From positions 53,347 through 117,346 of IMG/VR virus record IMGVR_UViG_3300036985_003303: a DNA stretch of 64,000 bases, one strand, 5' to 3'. This stretch comes from a virus. A program made the translations under genes and the position numbers. Shown one piece after another: positions 50,301-57,482 of the stretch. Below the pieces are notes generated by a model. It was not told the DNA's origin, did not search any database, and saw only the letters and a list, made by a program, of their open reading frames with translations. Positions within the stretch are counted from its first letter, which is position 1; the number at the start of each line of letters is the position of its first letter.

Positions 50301-50526
50301 TATTAACAAACTTACTCCTGATGAAAATGCAGAAGTAAAATACACTTACTTGACATTACCATTTAGTAAAGCAGAAAAAGAAACTATATTGACTAACTTT
50401 ACTGCAAAGTTCTTTAAAGGCAAAAGTGTCCGTGAAGCTCAAAAATATATTGAAGAAGCTCTTGAAAAAGCTGATGAGCAAGGACAGAAAGAAATTATTG
50501 AGAAATTAAAATCATGTTATAAATGA
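38362..50526 (+). CDS. Virion-associated single-chain double-psi beta-barrel RNA polymerase, crAss-like (4054 aa), with N-terminal zincin and C-terminal SLOG-like domains
   Basis: SGADFDIDKLF (Asp codons 45472, 45478, 45484; aa 2371-2375) preceded by GVRIPTQG; EADGQGW, FHKYSLMP, ESGSKL, VGKDSLGIAA and INGFVDVAKD motifs fit the phi14:2 gp66/QDE-1-like polymerase family; LYHEAFH at 40393. Confidence 0.92.
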   Translation: MNICITPESIKLFGSFINRKLGERLTNDKSGEALLNELFNDALTVFSGNGLTADRNKELVLQHMSIIPQIVLKHTADNPKLTNAKSLPLFRDLALQVMNAAEDENTNKFQNVIDRFGGFIGNNSDVVVTEGDPLERFEAVSMELAKTSNQEAIYNPVLNSYAENILDPRKELEFKVARNILNKQNAAALKFKITTLGAIQSEQNFDNTTGTTDPNLPVLILIDSNNNVATFDSDGNLNKDGKFVAFTVKTNREALQYQERMIAKSLLQSGTVDSEIKAAALAKAQVDKFVKSFEASLTKAKAGTTVFMNIDLSRSSIGLVALNRNIQTPLTEVSNISTSAADGLTTLKQSPQTKQFYPVLAVQNTNTEERVFGKHLSSLAEDELELLHHILTTPELKIKDRVVSDKNSNGLRKDLIHFFIDSSNLLKDKTWLNNPFEYFYEGTGKDKVMMLRFLNQKPIPASSLTLEKLKEWTNAKYGKPIYRKLNAEEPAPKKSLEEAYLGEYYTDADGNLFEAAGLRRSFANRLNASMDDLIYIVPSKLEDGVIILGEQISIGSHVIKHGYTTIVPTAENKLIGLGSYLAFKDGYEAMIDNEESDFNSSDFDNIKWRSVPQRNNLIQSTKEQDKSVSEWWEKSPLRNVVNVNVLNKVSEFGPNYLANFIGNSINLYLGSSPTDLYHEAFHAYFDGILSPAERKEIYDTLRKTPGYFTVTVEGVSKVVPYDDATNLELEEFLAEKFREFAMAGGKKTTFSNNKVMAFFQKLLSLLKNVFGNMSFAEAKAFNKTQGITDAMFTRLFKGDFTADMFNIENAETKWMSSEIKTTTGDTFSLEEMHDVMSSMKSVMSDFVTQGLNVSQNAVDRKNATTLLAKMTQYPESSQEYIELATQLENISETSIRSGAGVFTLVSNPEMLNLMSKYILARFKQKLAETNVKLDAIAGIKDKSARELSESTKLQFQKDLLEKAIKPDNFGKLTDLNVIVKEKQNDGQQVERTLLPLFLKSYSNLVLGKEVYQDEYEAKALEEDIYVPMWDRTGNDQLFDDTIEKGTKALLDSIFAYSEQGKGVVQLNALGFKEVLPVKNAIAKVAKLLRNKPDAMDMATVLKEAAKNDKEIDQVFRRLGDISELEFADTMTSMEHRQWSDFWQSFNKADVLLREFILEREDITNIDDERTVKLTSKSGKSQSQSIQIERQWAANFKTTALIGEYSSTNKEGNPVFDIESLLDDLANNEDLYYALIEGGGKTLLKSQYDPIRSKSSRYSRTPYVKAIADPYLLFAALGIDLVDDSDVRQVLFEGDSTLGTSPAISTYIVEALKNRMNKVVFDEEKVPSLDPNAKFITSLSDVFKPFMYFDETGKLQTQPSLTGYLTQLRELHYVYSNDYTNFSSYNSKGDLQSEKSFNSSLLSLTAALNNADHINDIINTKGLEYLNPYTNPQAAASRWLIDMFQLDPAIHSKTKRGNRDYSIKISTENLSGSKLISKEEKWVEDINSETGDVTDKRVTFEYDNGVASMETDEKSKFISDFHLTLEGKQEIMRTEAKSTSMTVYTPAVKSDGRRKNTNLLININESEKIFAEGYKGEILFTEFKNHLAAELIRIQQIKRLQSMILSGEIKPEDLAIDVAQLNRGGDWFVFDKIFEDSNDLNLKKDLLAFDINTVISESENAQGKGSFSIDALSPELKTRVEDALIKYFNDETTKLNNELGGKLVIGDNLFESYAKEIESNPELSEAENKDAVKEKMIKVFLVNNFIQNLNYNALFLGDATVHDVEGEAFHKRIAGLISTGKIFRHDGVWMKYINSTQYNAYGFAKKHNKEKPSIALDYEYTGFLKTAIIKEAKSNSIYIDHYQKLLGVDTSDYNNMEEADGQGWLSFDAYRILNDSIGEWSDAQEKMYQKMLAGTKLTQDDMLATFPVRKFQYYGNVSNPKSEKILKDLGITLGHSAFHKYSLMPLIPALIEGTPLQIMHEKMMEQGIDYVTMESGSKLSSLSKVKVVETEKGKKIEADFDNFYDANTREFNVDIQFTPNVIHVKYLKSQIFLDEGYKEHITLPTQVRKIALIGILDGGVPTDFKYTGKKNKKDVWEALSKKDKLKQSKKWQWYQDYTSTLDEMQNVLRDRLLEDIALKEDTVNGQKTYTGDSTKLANYLREKLKSKEVLPEEISYLIKPDGTLIDDLSLSLISDKLEELLVTLVDKTLRRITVNGEALVQVAGTMFEKFQVTGGISVSEEMLKSSNQAALLKNGSNGLKFYFLQDEFGNEVLDNDGKAIVKGMDVKISLQGDFKKLLYTENAKGEKIAVYTEDENGKKVLDYNASLQRLNAAIKTTYWQNKYGELIKLPGVRIPTQGPNSLVAATVAEFLPEFAGPTIILPTEIVSQSGADFDIDKLFMMFMNIRSYNGSVEAVKYSPSTRTYEEIRESIEKEEPKLEKANTALQKNWKEYTDYLVEKEGLNEYVGAFYGEISDLQVDIDALYAEKKSVYENKDYDYEFQEKLHGELQKQIDAKVDQKLTLLSFAQSETNAFFDTVIKNKADRMAIVQEKYNEFMSKINKSQEAVDAIKANIANFQRERDGKGVKGLENRFFDLLNERVLMNDNLKHLITPNTTKDTEEPSRAAGKLTKKNYNKIQKNGKISNTSIFEYRFNLLKHQENSVGKDSLGIAAVTSTFYALFTTFGATLQETSNEDQAEFVKALELLQDFGKANTPQYAAALKTVDTFRNKKLNFVTDAGTPGFNLNVEKNAITLGAMKNVDGLEISDILSQLINGFVDVAKDAWIFDAQGTKETAPVLLFMVMAGMNVTSAINMVNNPLVLEFNQVLEEYKGVFAALSEDYEKGQTDTIGKAAEVLSKKYANVFSDPTNVTKASSLGSYNRIANTAKPFTNDDIKNRLGQEPNYRDMEILSHFLQIKEMAQALTDFTMVSKFDTQKVSNISEAQARIESIEKFKLIPIGEKMIPNEWFDKLKDTPVGKFNNDEFIVDLFSKYFKLRNNKALILRSLDLLDSKRPKGVDQRKLLADFKNDFLWFLYQNAVYNDNSYTTSPTKFIKGNTEKIEIPGKSYTLVEDPSIEFGMEINEETGEVRYSPDVYFKEANMLEFMPFRKFFNNTLPKEWVKFRLEYSNLSKVAETLTVDEFKEKFKVFDQPKRTFMNQGFEQGKLIILGRAALYNTGNVGAMFDISTGAASVVQNLKALYPELENYALFRDVKYDFNESVKKNNIYFPQVKDPQMASIYRENIQELKNSPHPEVKNFINKLNHLAIMQSGVNRASKYSMLPIIDQSYFEQAITNQIGLPYIYQVLDELQKSFDQRENRKEIDAQIIDQFKNLYQGMIAGTGMRMKVRGANYLVDKLKFSKDIGLKKSKVRASNITKIPLAKAITAEQKELKLEYFYNDESMNPLAFAESIQNMEWVIRDQKFIAPEGKSQKELDKALLVLGIDNSGDLPTLRYKTKNAKKGFLSVAQSNVFKEKFAIKDEAMANASNKAIGKATNPFNSQYESSSAAYAAALESFYPGTLAKPKSAKTEFVPTDKVWVFGSTITKRAYQGKSEAEFVTAVQKTFDTYHKPLIDKAVEAGVSSFFVGTAKGIDDMAVKHLEDLGFKKVIRYSELGTYNEMVSAKAFENVTDPMYDPKLANTKTINSSVFNELLDILYDDTERKTPEWFTKLTQSELINNGKEIVKNELRSIIADLDTSYRKNNYVGFRVKFINELKFSSGRITVGNTLFDSLVEETLMEYRQAVIASDAKLNSAKVVVKKPAESNEQYNNALLNYLLEIETPILKVGEEIELTYKSSDSEGIATITGIQKINNNLFRIKLSPSKGKEYTFVVDNFGNGEKVDIEPYNLTVFEREVDELAIAKNNLDALEPIEELVKQGYLSTPILSPVKEKYKISKNIPIDSSQVHSISNSKRGPIETKEGYKVTFAEHPNAIFYLTPNYYIMNGQEVPSGWKIENVNSGVQANNGDSISETFKTFVKKFKQLQNVSINNDQVVEIITVTGMDINKLTPDENAEVKYTYLTLPFSKAEKETILTNFTAKFFKGKSVREAQKYIEEALEKADEQGQKEIIEKLKSCYK

Positions 50527-53500
50527 GTTGTGTAAATCCAAATTCACCAGAATTTAAAAAAATTCTTGAGCAGGAGCCAAATTTTTTATTGGCTGAAATC
50601 ATGTATGATAAACTCATGCAAGAACAAACTTATAAGTTGTATGATGACACGCGTGACTTTAAAGAAAGTACACCAATAGTGAAAGATCAAGAACTTATTG
50701 GACAAACTGAAGGCTGGGGTTTTAAAAATCCATCTGAAGTTGCACTTATTTCTGACAAAGAATTAAGCTTGCTAATGAATAATCCGGCTTACAATAAAAT
50801 TGAAGATCCCGTTGATCAACAAAAATTTAATGAGTTAGCAAATGCTATTGGTGAAAAAGAAGCATGGCGTGATTATTTTGAAACAAACAAAATTGTTAGA
50901 CCTGCTAATGTTGTTCTAGAAAAGTTATTTAAAAGACTTGAAGATGAAGAACAAAATTTTCAGGATACAGTAAATGAATCCATGGATTTACAACTACCAA
51001 GTATTGATGAGTTCATAAATCAGTTTGAACAAGTTGTTGAAGTAGAAAACAAAGCAAGAGCGTTGGATGTTGCTGAGAAATTGTCCAAGCAATTGAATGT
51101 TCCTTATGAAGTAATTACACAAAAAGAACTAGAAGAAAAGTTTCCTAATCAGTCTTATAGAAAAGCTTTTTATCAAGCAGGTAAAGTTTATATTGTTGCA
51201 GGTAATTTAACTGCGTCAGATGTATTCCATGAGTTTGCTCACCCGATTGTAAAATCCATGAGTAAACAAAATCCTGAGTTATTCCAAAAACTATTTGATG
51301 AACTTGCTGCTACAGAACTTGGTCAACGTATTATAGCCGATCTTAATTTAGATCCGGATTTAACCCCAGGGACGGCTGCTTATATGGAGGAAGCAATTGT
51401 TACAGCTTTAGAAGCAATCAATGAGAATGAAGAAGTAGCACCTAAGAGTTTTATTCAAAACTTATTCTTTCAAATTAAACAGTTTTTGAGAAAAGTATTT
51501 GGAAAGAAAATAGATGTGTCTAAACTTAATTCCAAAACCACACTGGCTGATTTAGTAAAAATGATCAATTATGGTGAAGAGTTTATTTTGGATACGGAGT
51601 TCTTAGACAAAGATTTGATGGTAATGTTTAAGACAGATTACGAATTGCTTAAACAACAAATCAAAGACGGTTCTGCAAAGAAAACTCAGGAGTTAATGAA
51701 CAAGTTTCATGATGTAGTTAAACTACAGCTGTCAAACTTTAAAGCAGATAATGACATTTTTAAAACTATTGAAGCAGGATTAGCTGATGAAAACAGAGAA
51801 GGTCTTTTAAATCAAGCGCAAATGATTCTTGAGGGCCTTGCAACATTTGGTTCTAGAAACCTAGTTGTTCCATTGGATGCATTAAATATTACAGGCAACA
51901 ATGCTACTGATGCAGACATTATTAGCTTTAACAACAAGATTAATTCTTTTGTTCAAGTTATTTCAACTGTAGATGAAGTTGTAGATTTGCTTAATAATAA
52001 ATTAAAAGCATTAGTTGCATCTGGTGTAAAATCTAATAATGAATTTGATCAACTGTTTGCAATCATGCAATACAATGAAGAGTGGTTAGCCAAAATAACA
52101 GATTGGAAATCTGAATATACAACTTATTCATTAGTAACTGATCCTTTAACTGGTCAACAAGTCAATCCTATTTATGATGCATTAGATGAACTACAAGAAA
52201 AACTAGATGCAGGTAAAAGAATTTCTGATAGTTTACAAATAGATTCAGTAATTGATGTTTTATATGATCACTTAAATGAATTAATGACTCCAATCAAAAA
52301 AGATTATCTTGATCAAATGGATTCATTAAAAAAAGCGGGTTCTATGACTGCGTACAATAAATTGCATGCAGAATATTACGGCTTGACTCCAACAGAAATG
52401 GTTGAGTACAACAGGTTAAAAAATAAACCTGAAGCAAGTCTTACTAGAAATGAAATGATAAAGTTGCAAGAACTTAAATTAGCAACATTTAATTCACATG
52501 TAATTTCTAAAGATGCTATTAGAGCAAAAGCAGAAGGGAGATTAGGTGATTCGCATAAATGGAATGGTTTGTTTGAATCATTTATGAATAACCAGGATCA
52601 AATTGTTGGTGGATTTTATTCATTTTTAATGAAGACTTTTAATACCATTGATGGTAATGCTAATGCAAGAAGAGCTGAATTGTTAAACAACCTTCAACCG
52701 CTTTTAAAAGCCGCAGGTTATGATACACATTTTTTAGGTGAAGGTAAACTTGGAAAAGAAGTTGGTCAAATAAACCGTTCATTTAAAACAAACAATAAAG
52801 GTCAATCAGAAGAATTTTTAGAGTGGCAGTTTTTAAGTAACTTTCATAACTATGAATATGATAGACAGCTTCTCCTTGATGCTGTTAAGTTTGCTAGACA
52901 AAAATTTAATTTGAACAAAGATGCAAAATCCAGAGATCCTTTAAAGGCAGAATTTGAAAAAGCCAAAGAAGCATTAGAAGATTTTGACACTAAGTATATG
53001 AACCGTGATTACACGGATGAGTTTTATCAAGTTGCTGCTAGATATTTTAAAACTGATTCAGGAAAACTAGCTAAGGCTGCACTGGATGATTTGTTTGATA
53101 GAATGCGTGTCATTTCTGAAAATGCAGATGTAAATCCTACAAACTTTGGAAAGGTTGATGCATTAAATGAACTCTGGAATGAATACCAATTGCTTCACAA
53201 TATTTATGATTTTAAAACAGGTGAAGAAAAAACAGGCATATCAAGAGAAATTGCTGAAATACTTACCGGCTATAGGAATGAGATTTCTGAATTTTATGAG
53301 TGGGAAGAAAAAGAAAATGCTTTTGAGTTAGCTCTTGAACTTTTGCATGATGAGTTAGTTTCTAAAGGTAAACATCCAGGAAGCGATGCATATAATGCAG
53401 TAATGGAAGAATGGATTAAGCACAACACTACGATTGCTGTAAATGAAAACTATTACATTAACAGAGCAGCATTAATTGAGGAAAGAAGTTTTTTAGTAGA

Positions 53501-56500
53501 ACCAATTACTAGAATTAATAATTCATTCATTGATGTTACTCCAATGTATGAGCAGATTTACGGAATCCTAAAGCCATCTAAAGATAATTTTAATCAGTAC
53601 AATGGTAATGATTTAACACCAACTGCTCAAGCAAAAATAAAAGACATTCAACAAACTATTTCTAATTTGAAAGAACAGTGGTTGAATATTAAAGGTTACA
53701 GTCCTCAAGAGATGCGTAACTTTAGAAGAATTGAAGAATACTATTTAGAAAATGGCGAGTTTGAATATGACAATGATCAGGATGTTTACAATAATTTTTG
53801 GATAGACTTACAAAAGCGTTTAGCTAATCTAGGAATAGATAAAGATACACTGGACAGAGTAAGAGAGATTGATAAGGAACTCAACGGTTCTAAGCTTTCC
53901 GGATTGACACAGCCGTATATTTCAAACTTAAAAGCATTTGTAGAAACAAATGATGCATTTGCTAATATATTTGAAGATGCATTTAAAGCTTATGATTTTG
54001 TTGATGGCGAATTTCCAACATCTCAAGACATTTTTGAAGCAATTAAGGATACTAAATTTACAGATGCCTTATCTGCTACTAGCCCTGAGTTTAAAGAATG
54101 GTTTGATAGAAATCACTATACTGAATCAGTAAATGAATTTGATAAAGTTGATGGTCATTTTGTTGGAGAGTTTACGCGCAACCGACCAACGGCAGCTTGG
54201 CAATTTACAATGCCTAGTGAAATTTCTGATTATGAAACTAAAAGTGTATTAGGCACAAAAATTCCTGCTGAATTTTCTCCAAATGGATACATTGAATTAA
54301 ATGGTGTTCCGCGTATTCCAACTAGAGCATACTACCGCAGAAAAGTAAAACAGGAATTTGAAACAGCTAAAATTGAAAGGGACTATGTTGACAACAACGG
54401 GGATCTTGTTATTGCTACAGTTGATAACAGAGGGAACTGGCTTCCTAAAAACTTAGATGAAACAGATCCAAATGCAAAGTATGTAAATGGTGCATACAAA
54501 AAGATGTTTTCTAACCAAAAGAATTTATGGAACCTGTTAGATTATTTAAAGAATAAACATCTGGATAATCAAAAAGGACTAGATGCTTCTCAAAAAATGT
54601 ATTTGAGTTACCCGCGTTATAGAAAAGGAGATGTTGAAGAGTATGACAAAGGTTATTTTCAAAGAAAAGCAACTAGAATTGCTGAAACATGGCGCGGTGC
54701 AGAAGATGATTTTGAATATGGTATTAGAACAAATGATCAACAAACAGCATCATACAAAACACTTACTCGTCCTATTGGAGGTAGCTATAAATTGCCGATG
54801 CTGGATGTGTCAACTAATATCATTGATTCCATGATGGATCATGCATATTCAATTGAGCACTTTAAAGGCATGCGTAAAGTCAATTCATTTGCAAATGTTT
54901 TTGAAAATGCAATAACAAACATGTACACTAATCCTGCAAAAACAGTAGTGGACAAAATGCTTAAAGATTCAGAGTTGTTAGAAAAACAAGATTCAGAGCA
55001 GAGCACAAGGATTAAAAACATTAGACAAATAATTGATAAGCATTTTAAAGGTGTTTTAATTACCGGATTTGTTTCTGGGACTAAAGATGCTTCTGAATCA
55101 GTAATGAAAACTGCAAGAGTTATTGGTGGATTACAAAGATGGATGTCATTTACATCATTTGCATTAGATCCTATTAAGTCTTTACGAAATTATGTTGGAG
55201 GTAAATCCATGATGTATAAAAAAGCAGCAGAAGGATTAGCTTACAACATGAAAGATGTTGCTTTAACAAGAGGAAAGTCTGCTTCTGTCATGGGAGAATT
55301 AATTGCTATGCAGTATTCTAATAAAAATGTAAGTGCAAGGTTGCAGTTGTTAGATGTTTTGAATGCTATACCTGGTAATTTAAAAAAAGAAATTGGTTCA
55401 AGAGGCTCTAAAACTGTAGCGCAATCTTTGTTTGGAGGAAGTTTTTTCTATGCTGATAGAAAATATTTAAGTGAATCTGTTCCGGTACATCAATTTTTAG
55501 CAATTCTTGAGCATAATTCTTTTATGTTAAATGGTAAAAAAACTTCACTGGATGAAGCTATAGAATTAATTGATGGAAAAATACAAACAGTTGCGGGTGT
55601 TCCTGCTGATATGGCAATTACTTATGATGCTGACGGCAACATTAAATTTGGAAAAAAAATACAAGATTTGATGAATGAACATCAGTCTTTCTTACAGAAA
55701 TCACTTGGTATAACAAATGAGTTTAATGAACCAGAGGTTTATAGAAGCTTATTAGGAAAAGCCGCTTTCTTTTTAATGAAATTTTTTCCTGGAATGGCAC
55801 TGGATAGATACCAAGTAAGAACCAGAAGAGGAAAGAAAGGGCAAAGAAGATTAAATTATTCAACGCGTAGGGCTGAACTAGGAACTTACTTAGGTATTGT
55901 TGCTTTGGCAAATGAACTTGTAAGCAATAAAGGAAAGTTTTGGCAATTAAATGCTTACAGTTGGCAAGCTAAAAAAGGAGCAATGCAGTTAGTTTTAGCA
56001 AAAATGATTTCAATGATCATTAATATGTTAGCTATGTCCATTGGTTTTGATGATGATGATGATGGACTTATCAATTTTACTTGGGATCCGAATGACGATG
56101 GCATTTACTCAAAGTTAAAACATTCAACATCATTACCTGAGTTACCTTTAATTTCTGATGCAAGAACTGTTCAAGGTACAAACAATCGTTATAATTCAGA
56201 AAATTATTTAAAGTTGCAGGCATTGCGTTTGCTTTTGGTCTTTAAGAAAGAGGAAGATACATTTTTTTTAACTAATGCTATGTCAACAACAAAAGACATT
56301 GTAACTGGACAATCACCTTTGTTTACTGGTGGAGGTTTAGCAACTATAGAAGATTTAGCAAGTTCATTATATGCAACATATTTTACTGATAATCCGGATG
56401 TTTATGAAAAAGCAGCAGGACCATACAAATATCAAGAAAAAGGCAGAGATAAAGCAATGAATATTGTGCTTAAATCTATGGGCTTATCTGGAAGTTTAGT

Positions 56501-56549
56501 TGATCCTGCTACTACAATTCAAAGAGAAAATTCAGATTTCTTTAACTAA
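50523..56549 (+). CDS. Giant virion-ejected protein C (2008 aa) with HExxH metallopeptidase motif and hydrophobic C-terminal region
   Basis: ATGA overlap with the RNAP stop; KAFYQAGKVYIVAGNLTASDVFHEFAH (His codon 51228) with downstream MEEAIV; C-terminal AMQLVLAKMISMIINMLAMSIGF; single Cys at position 3. Confidence 0.8.
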   Translation: MSCVNPNSPEFKKILEQEPNFLLAEIMYDKLMQEQTYKLYDDTRDFKESTPIVKDQELIGQTEGWGFKNPSEVALISDKELSLLMNNPAYNKIEDPVDQQKFNELANAIGEKEAWRDYFETNKIVRPANVVLEKLFKRLEDEEQNFQDTVNESMDLQLPSIDEFINQFEQVVEVENKARALDVAEKLSKQLNVPYEVITQKELEEKFPNQSYRKAFYQAGKVYIVAGNLTASDVFHEFAHPIVKSMSKQNPELFQKLFDELAATELGQRIIADLNLDPDLTPGTAAYMEEAIVTALEAINENEEVAPKSFIQNLFFQIKQFLRKVFGKKIDVSKLNSKTTLADLVKMINYGEEFILDTEFLDKDLMVMFKTDYELLKQQIKDGSAKKTQELMNKFHDVVKLQLSNFKADNDIFKTIEAGLADENREGLLNQAQMILEGLATFGSRNLVVPLDALNITGNNATDADIISFNNKINSFVQVISTVDEVVDLLNNKLKALVASGVKSNNEFDQLFAIMQYNEEWLAKITDWKSEYTTYSLVTDPLTGQQVNPIYDALDELQEKLDAGKRISDSLQIDSVIDVLYDHLNELMTPIKKDYLDQMDSLKKAGSMTAYNKLHAEYYGLTPTEMVEYNRLKNKPEASLTRNEMIKLQELKLATFNSHVISKDAIRAKAEGRLGDSHKWNGLFESFMNNQDQIVGGFYSFLMKTFNTIDGNANARRAELLNNLQPLLKAAGYDTHFLGEGKLGKEVGQINRSFKTNNKGQSEEFLEWQFLSNFHNYEYDRQLLLDAVKFARQKFNLNKDAKSRDPLKAEFEKAKEALEDFDTKYMNRDYTDEFYQVAARYFKTDSGKLAKAALDDLFDRMRVISENADVNPTNFGKVDALNELWNEYQLLHNIYDFKTGEEKTGISREIAEILTGYRNEISEFYEWEEKENAFELALELLHDELVSKGKHPGSDAYNAVMEEWIKHNTTIAVNENYYINRAALIEERSFLVEPITRINNSFIDVTPMYEQIYGILKPSKDNFNQYNGNDLTPTAQAKIKDIQQTISNLKEQWLNIKGYSPQEMRNFRRIEEYYLENGEFEYDNDQDVYNNFWIDLQKRLANLGIDKDTLDRVREIDKELNGSKLSGLTQPYISNLKAFVETNDAFANIFEDAFKAYDFVDGEFPTSQDIFEAIKDTKFTDALSATSPEFKEWFDRNHYTESVNEFDKVDGHFVGEFTRNRPTAAWQFTMPSEISDYETKSVLGTKIPAEFSPNGYIELNGVPRIPTRAYYRRKVKQEFETAKIERDYVDNNGDLVIATVDNRGNWLPKNLDETDPNAKYVNGAYKKMFSNQKNLWNLLDYLKNKHLDNQKGLDASQKMYLSYPRYRKGDVEEYDKGYFQRKATRIAETWRGAEDDFEYGIRTNDQQTASYKTLTRPIGGSYKLPMLDVSTNIIDSMMDHAYSIEHFKGMRKVNSFANVFENAITNMYTNPAKTVVDKMLKDSELLEKQDSEQSTRIKNIRQIIDKHFKGVLITGFVSGTKDASESVMKTARVIGGLQRWMSFTSFALDPIKSLRNYVGGKSMMYKKAAEGLAYNMKDVALTRGKSASVMGELIAMQYSNKNVSARLQLLDVLNAIPGNLKKEIGSRGSKTVAQSLFGGSFFYADRKYLSESVPVHQFLAILEHNSFMLNGKKTSLDEAIELIDGKIQTVAGVPADMAITYDADGNIKFGKKIQDLMNEHQSFLQKSLGITNEFNEPEVYRSLLGKAAFFLMKFFPGMALDRYQVRTRRGKKGQRRLNYSTRRAELGTYLGIVALANELVSNKGKFWQLNAYSWQAKKGAMQLVLAKMISMIINMLAMSIGFDDDDDGLINFTWDPNDDGIYSKLKHSTSLPELPLISDARTVQGTNNRYNSENYLKLQALRLLLVFKKEEDTFFLTNAMSTTKDIVTGQSPLFTGGGLATIEDLASSLYATYFTDNPDVYEKAAGPYKYQEKGRDKAMNIVLKSMGLSGSLVDPATTIQRENSDFFN

Positions 56550-57096
56550 AGCAGTAATCTTCAATTATTTGTTTTTTAATTGAAGGTGTAACAAATATAG
56601 TTTCTTGATCAGGACTAGGCGGAGAAAGTAATTCTTTTCCTTCTAGTTCTGATTCATACACTCCTAAAATTCCAGCTATTTCTTTATAATTGCTGGCGGG
56701 TTCTAAGCACTTTAAAACTATTTTGTTTTTTTCTATAACTGACATTAGCAGTTTGTATTCTCTTGAGATTTCTGAATAACTACCACTAACTATTTTGTCA
56801 TAGTCATCTTTCAGACTATACATGTTAAATGTTACAATGTCAAATTCATCATCTGCAAAAGTAAAATCATGAAATTTTGAGTTTTCTATTTCAGGTTTTA
56901 TCTTAACATAATCTGCATCTTTATTGTAAAACAAAGCAATTAGTATTCTTGATTCTTTAGTGTGATTAACATCACCAAATTTTAAATAGGTTTCTATTGG
57001 CTGAACTTTGATATTCAGCAACGGCCATAAAAAAGTTTTGCTTTTTTGAATGTAGATACCCATTTCTTTTAATAATTCATATTGCATTTTTTCCAT
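56542..57096 (-). CDS. Hypothetical phage protein, 184 aa
   Basis: YIQKSKTFLWPLL...; last gene of the minus-strand block; its stop overlaps the convergent gene by 8 nt. Confidence 0.7.
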   Translation of the reverse strand: MEKMQYELLKEMGIYIQKSKTFLWPLLNIKVQPIETYLKFGDVNHTKESRILIALFYNKDADYVKIKPEIENSKFHDFTFADDEFDIVTFNMYSLKDDYDKIVSGSYSEISREYKLLMSVIEKNKIVLKCLEPASNYKEIAGILGVYESELEGKELLSPPSPDQETIFVTPSIKKQIIEDYCFS

Positions 57097-57098
57097 AG

Positions 57099-57482
57099 CT
57101 ACAGTTTTAATATGTCGGTTAATTCTACTTTTTTAAACTCTTGTGGTTTTATAATCTTACCATCTTCTCTCAAGATTGGATTACCATCTGGTCCCAGCTT
57201 TGACATATTATTTTGGTGCACTAAGTTAAATGCAGGAATAATGTGGTTTTGCAATCCGTGTTTACAGATTGTTCCAAATAATATATACAACTGATCCGCC
57301 AAAGAATCCAAGATTTCAATCATGTTTTCTTCTCCTACAGCCATAATGTATTCATCCAGTTCCTCTTTGCCAAGAACATGCCTTAGCACTGATTCTTTAC
57401 TACTAAGCAACACAGGTGTGTCACTTTGACTCTGTTTGAATGTTTGGTGAAACTCACTCACCATTTTAATTTGTTGTTCCAT
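57099..57482 (-). CDS. MazG-like/PRA-PH nucleoside triphosphate pyrophosphohydrolase
   Basis: VSEFHQTF...EELDEY...DSLADQLYILFG...VHQNNMSK...REDGKIIKP matches the all-alpha NTP-PPase (DR2231-type) pattern. Confidence 0.85.
   Translation of the reverse strand: MEQQIKMVSEFHQTFKQSQSDTPVLLSSKESVLRHVLGKEELDEYIMAVGEENMIEILDSLADQLYILFGTICKHGLQNHIIPAFNLVHQNNMSKLGPDGNPILREDGKIIKPQEFKKVELTDILKL

Noticed and set aside
38362-50526. Intein as the reason for the RNAP size
   Set aside because: No internal Cys, and no HINT block, His-Asn/nucleophile junction or LAGLIDADG motif was recognised.
28637-56549. Numerous 60-120 aa antisense and alternate-frame ORFs inside the giant and cargo genes (for example 29317-29544, 31900-32253, 34552-34896, 41016-41300)
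   Set aside because: They lie fully inside long coherent ORFs, are Ser/Leu/Phe-rich mirror images of the sense codon bias and contain no motifs; they are shadow ORFs.
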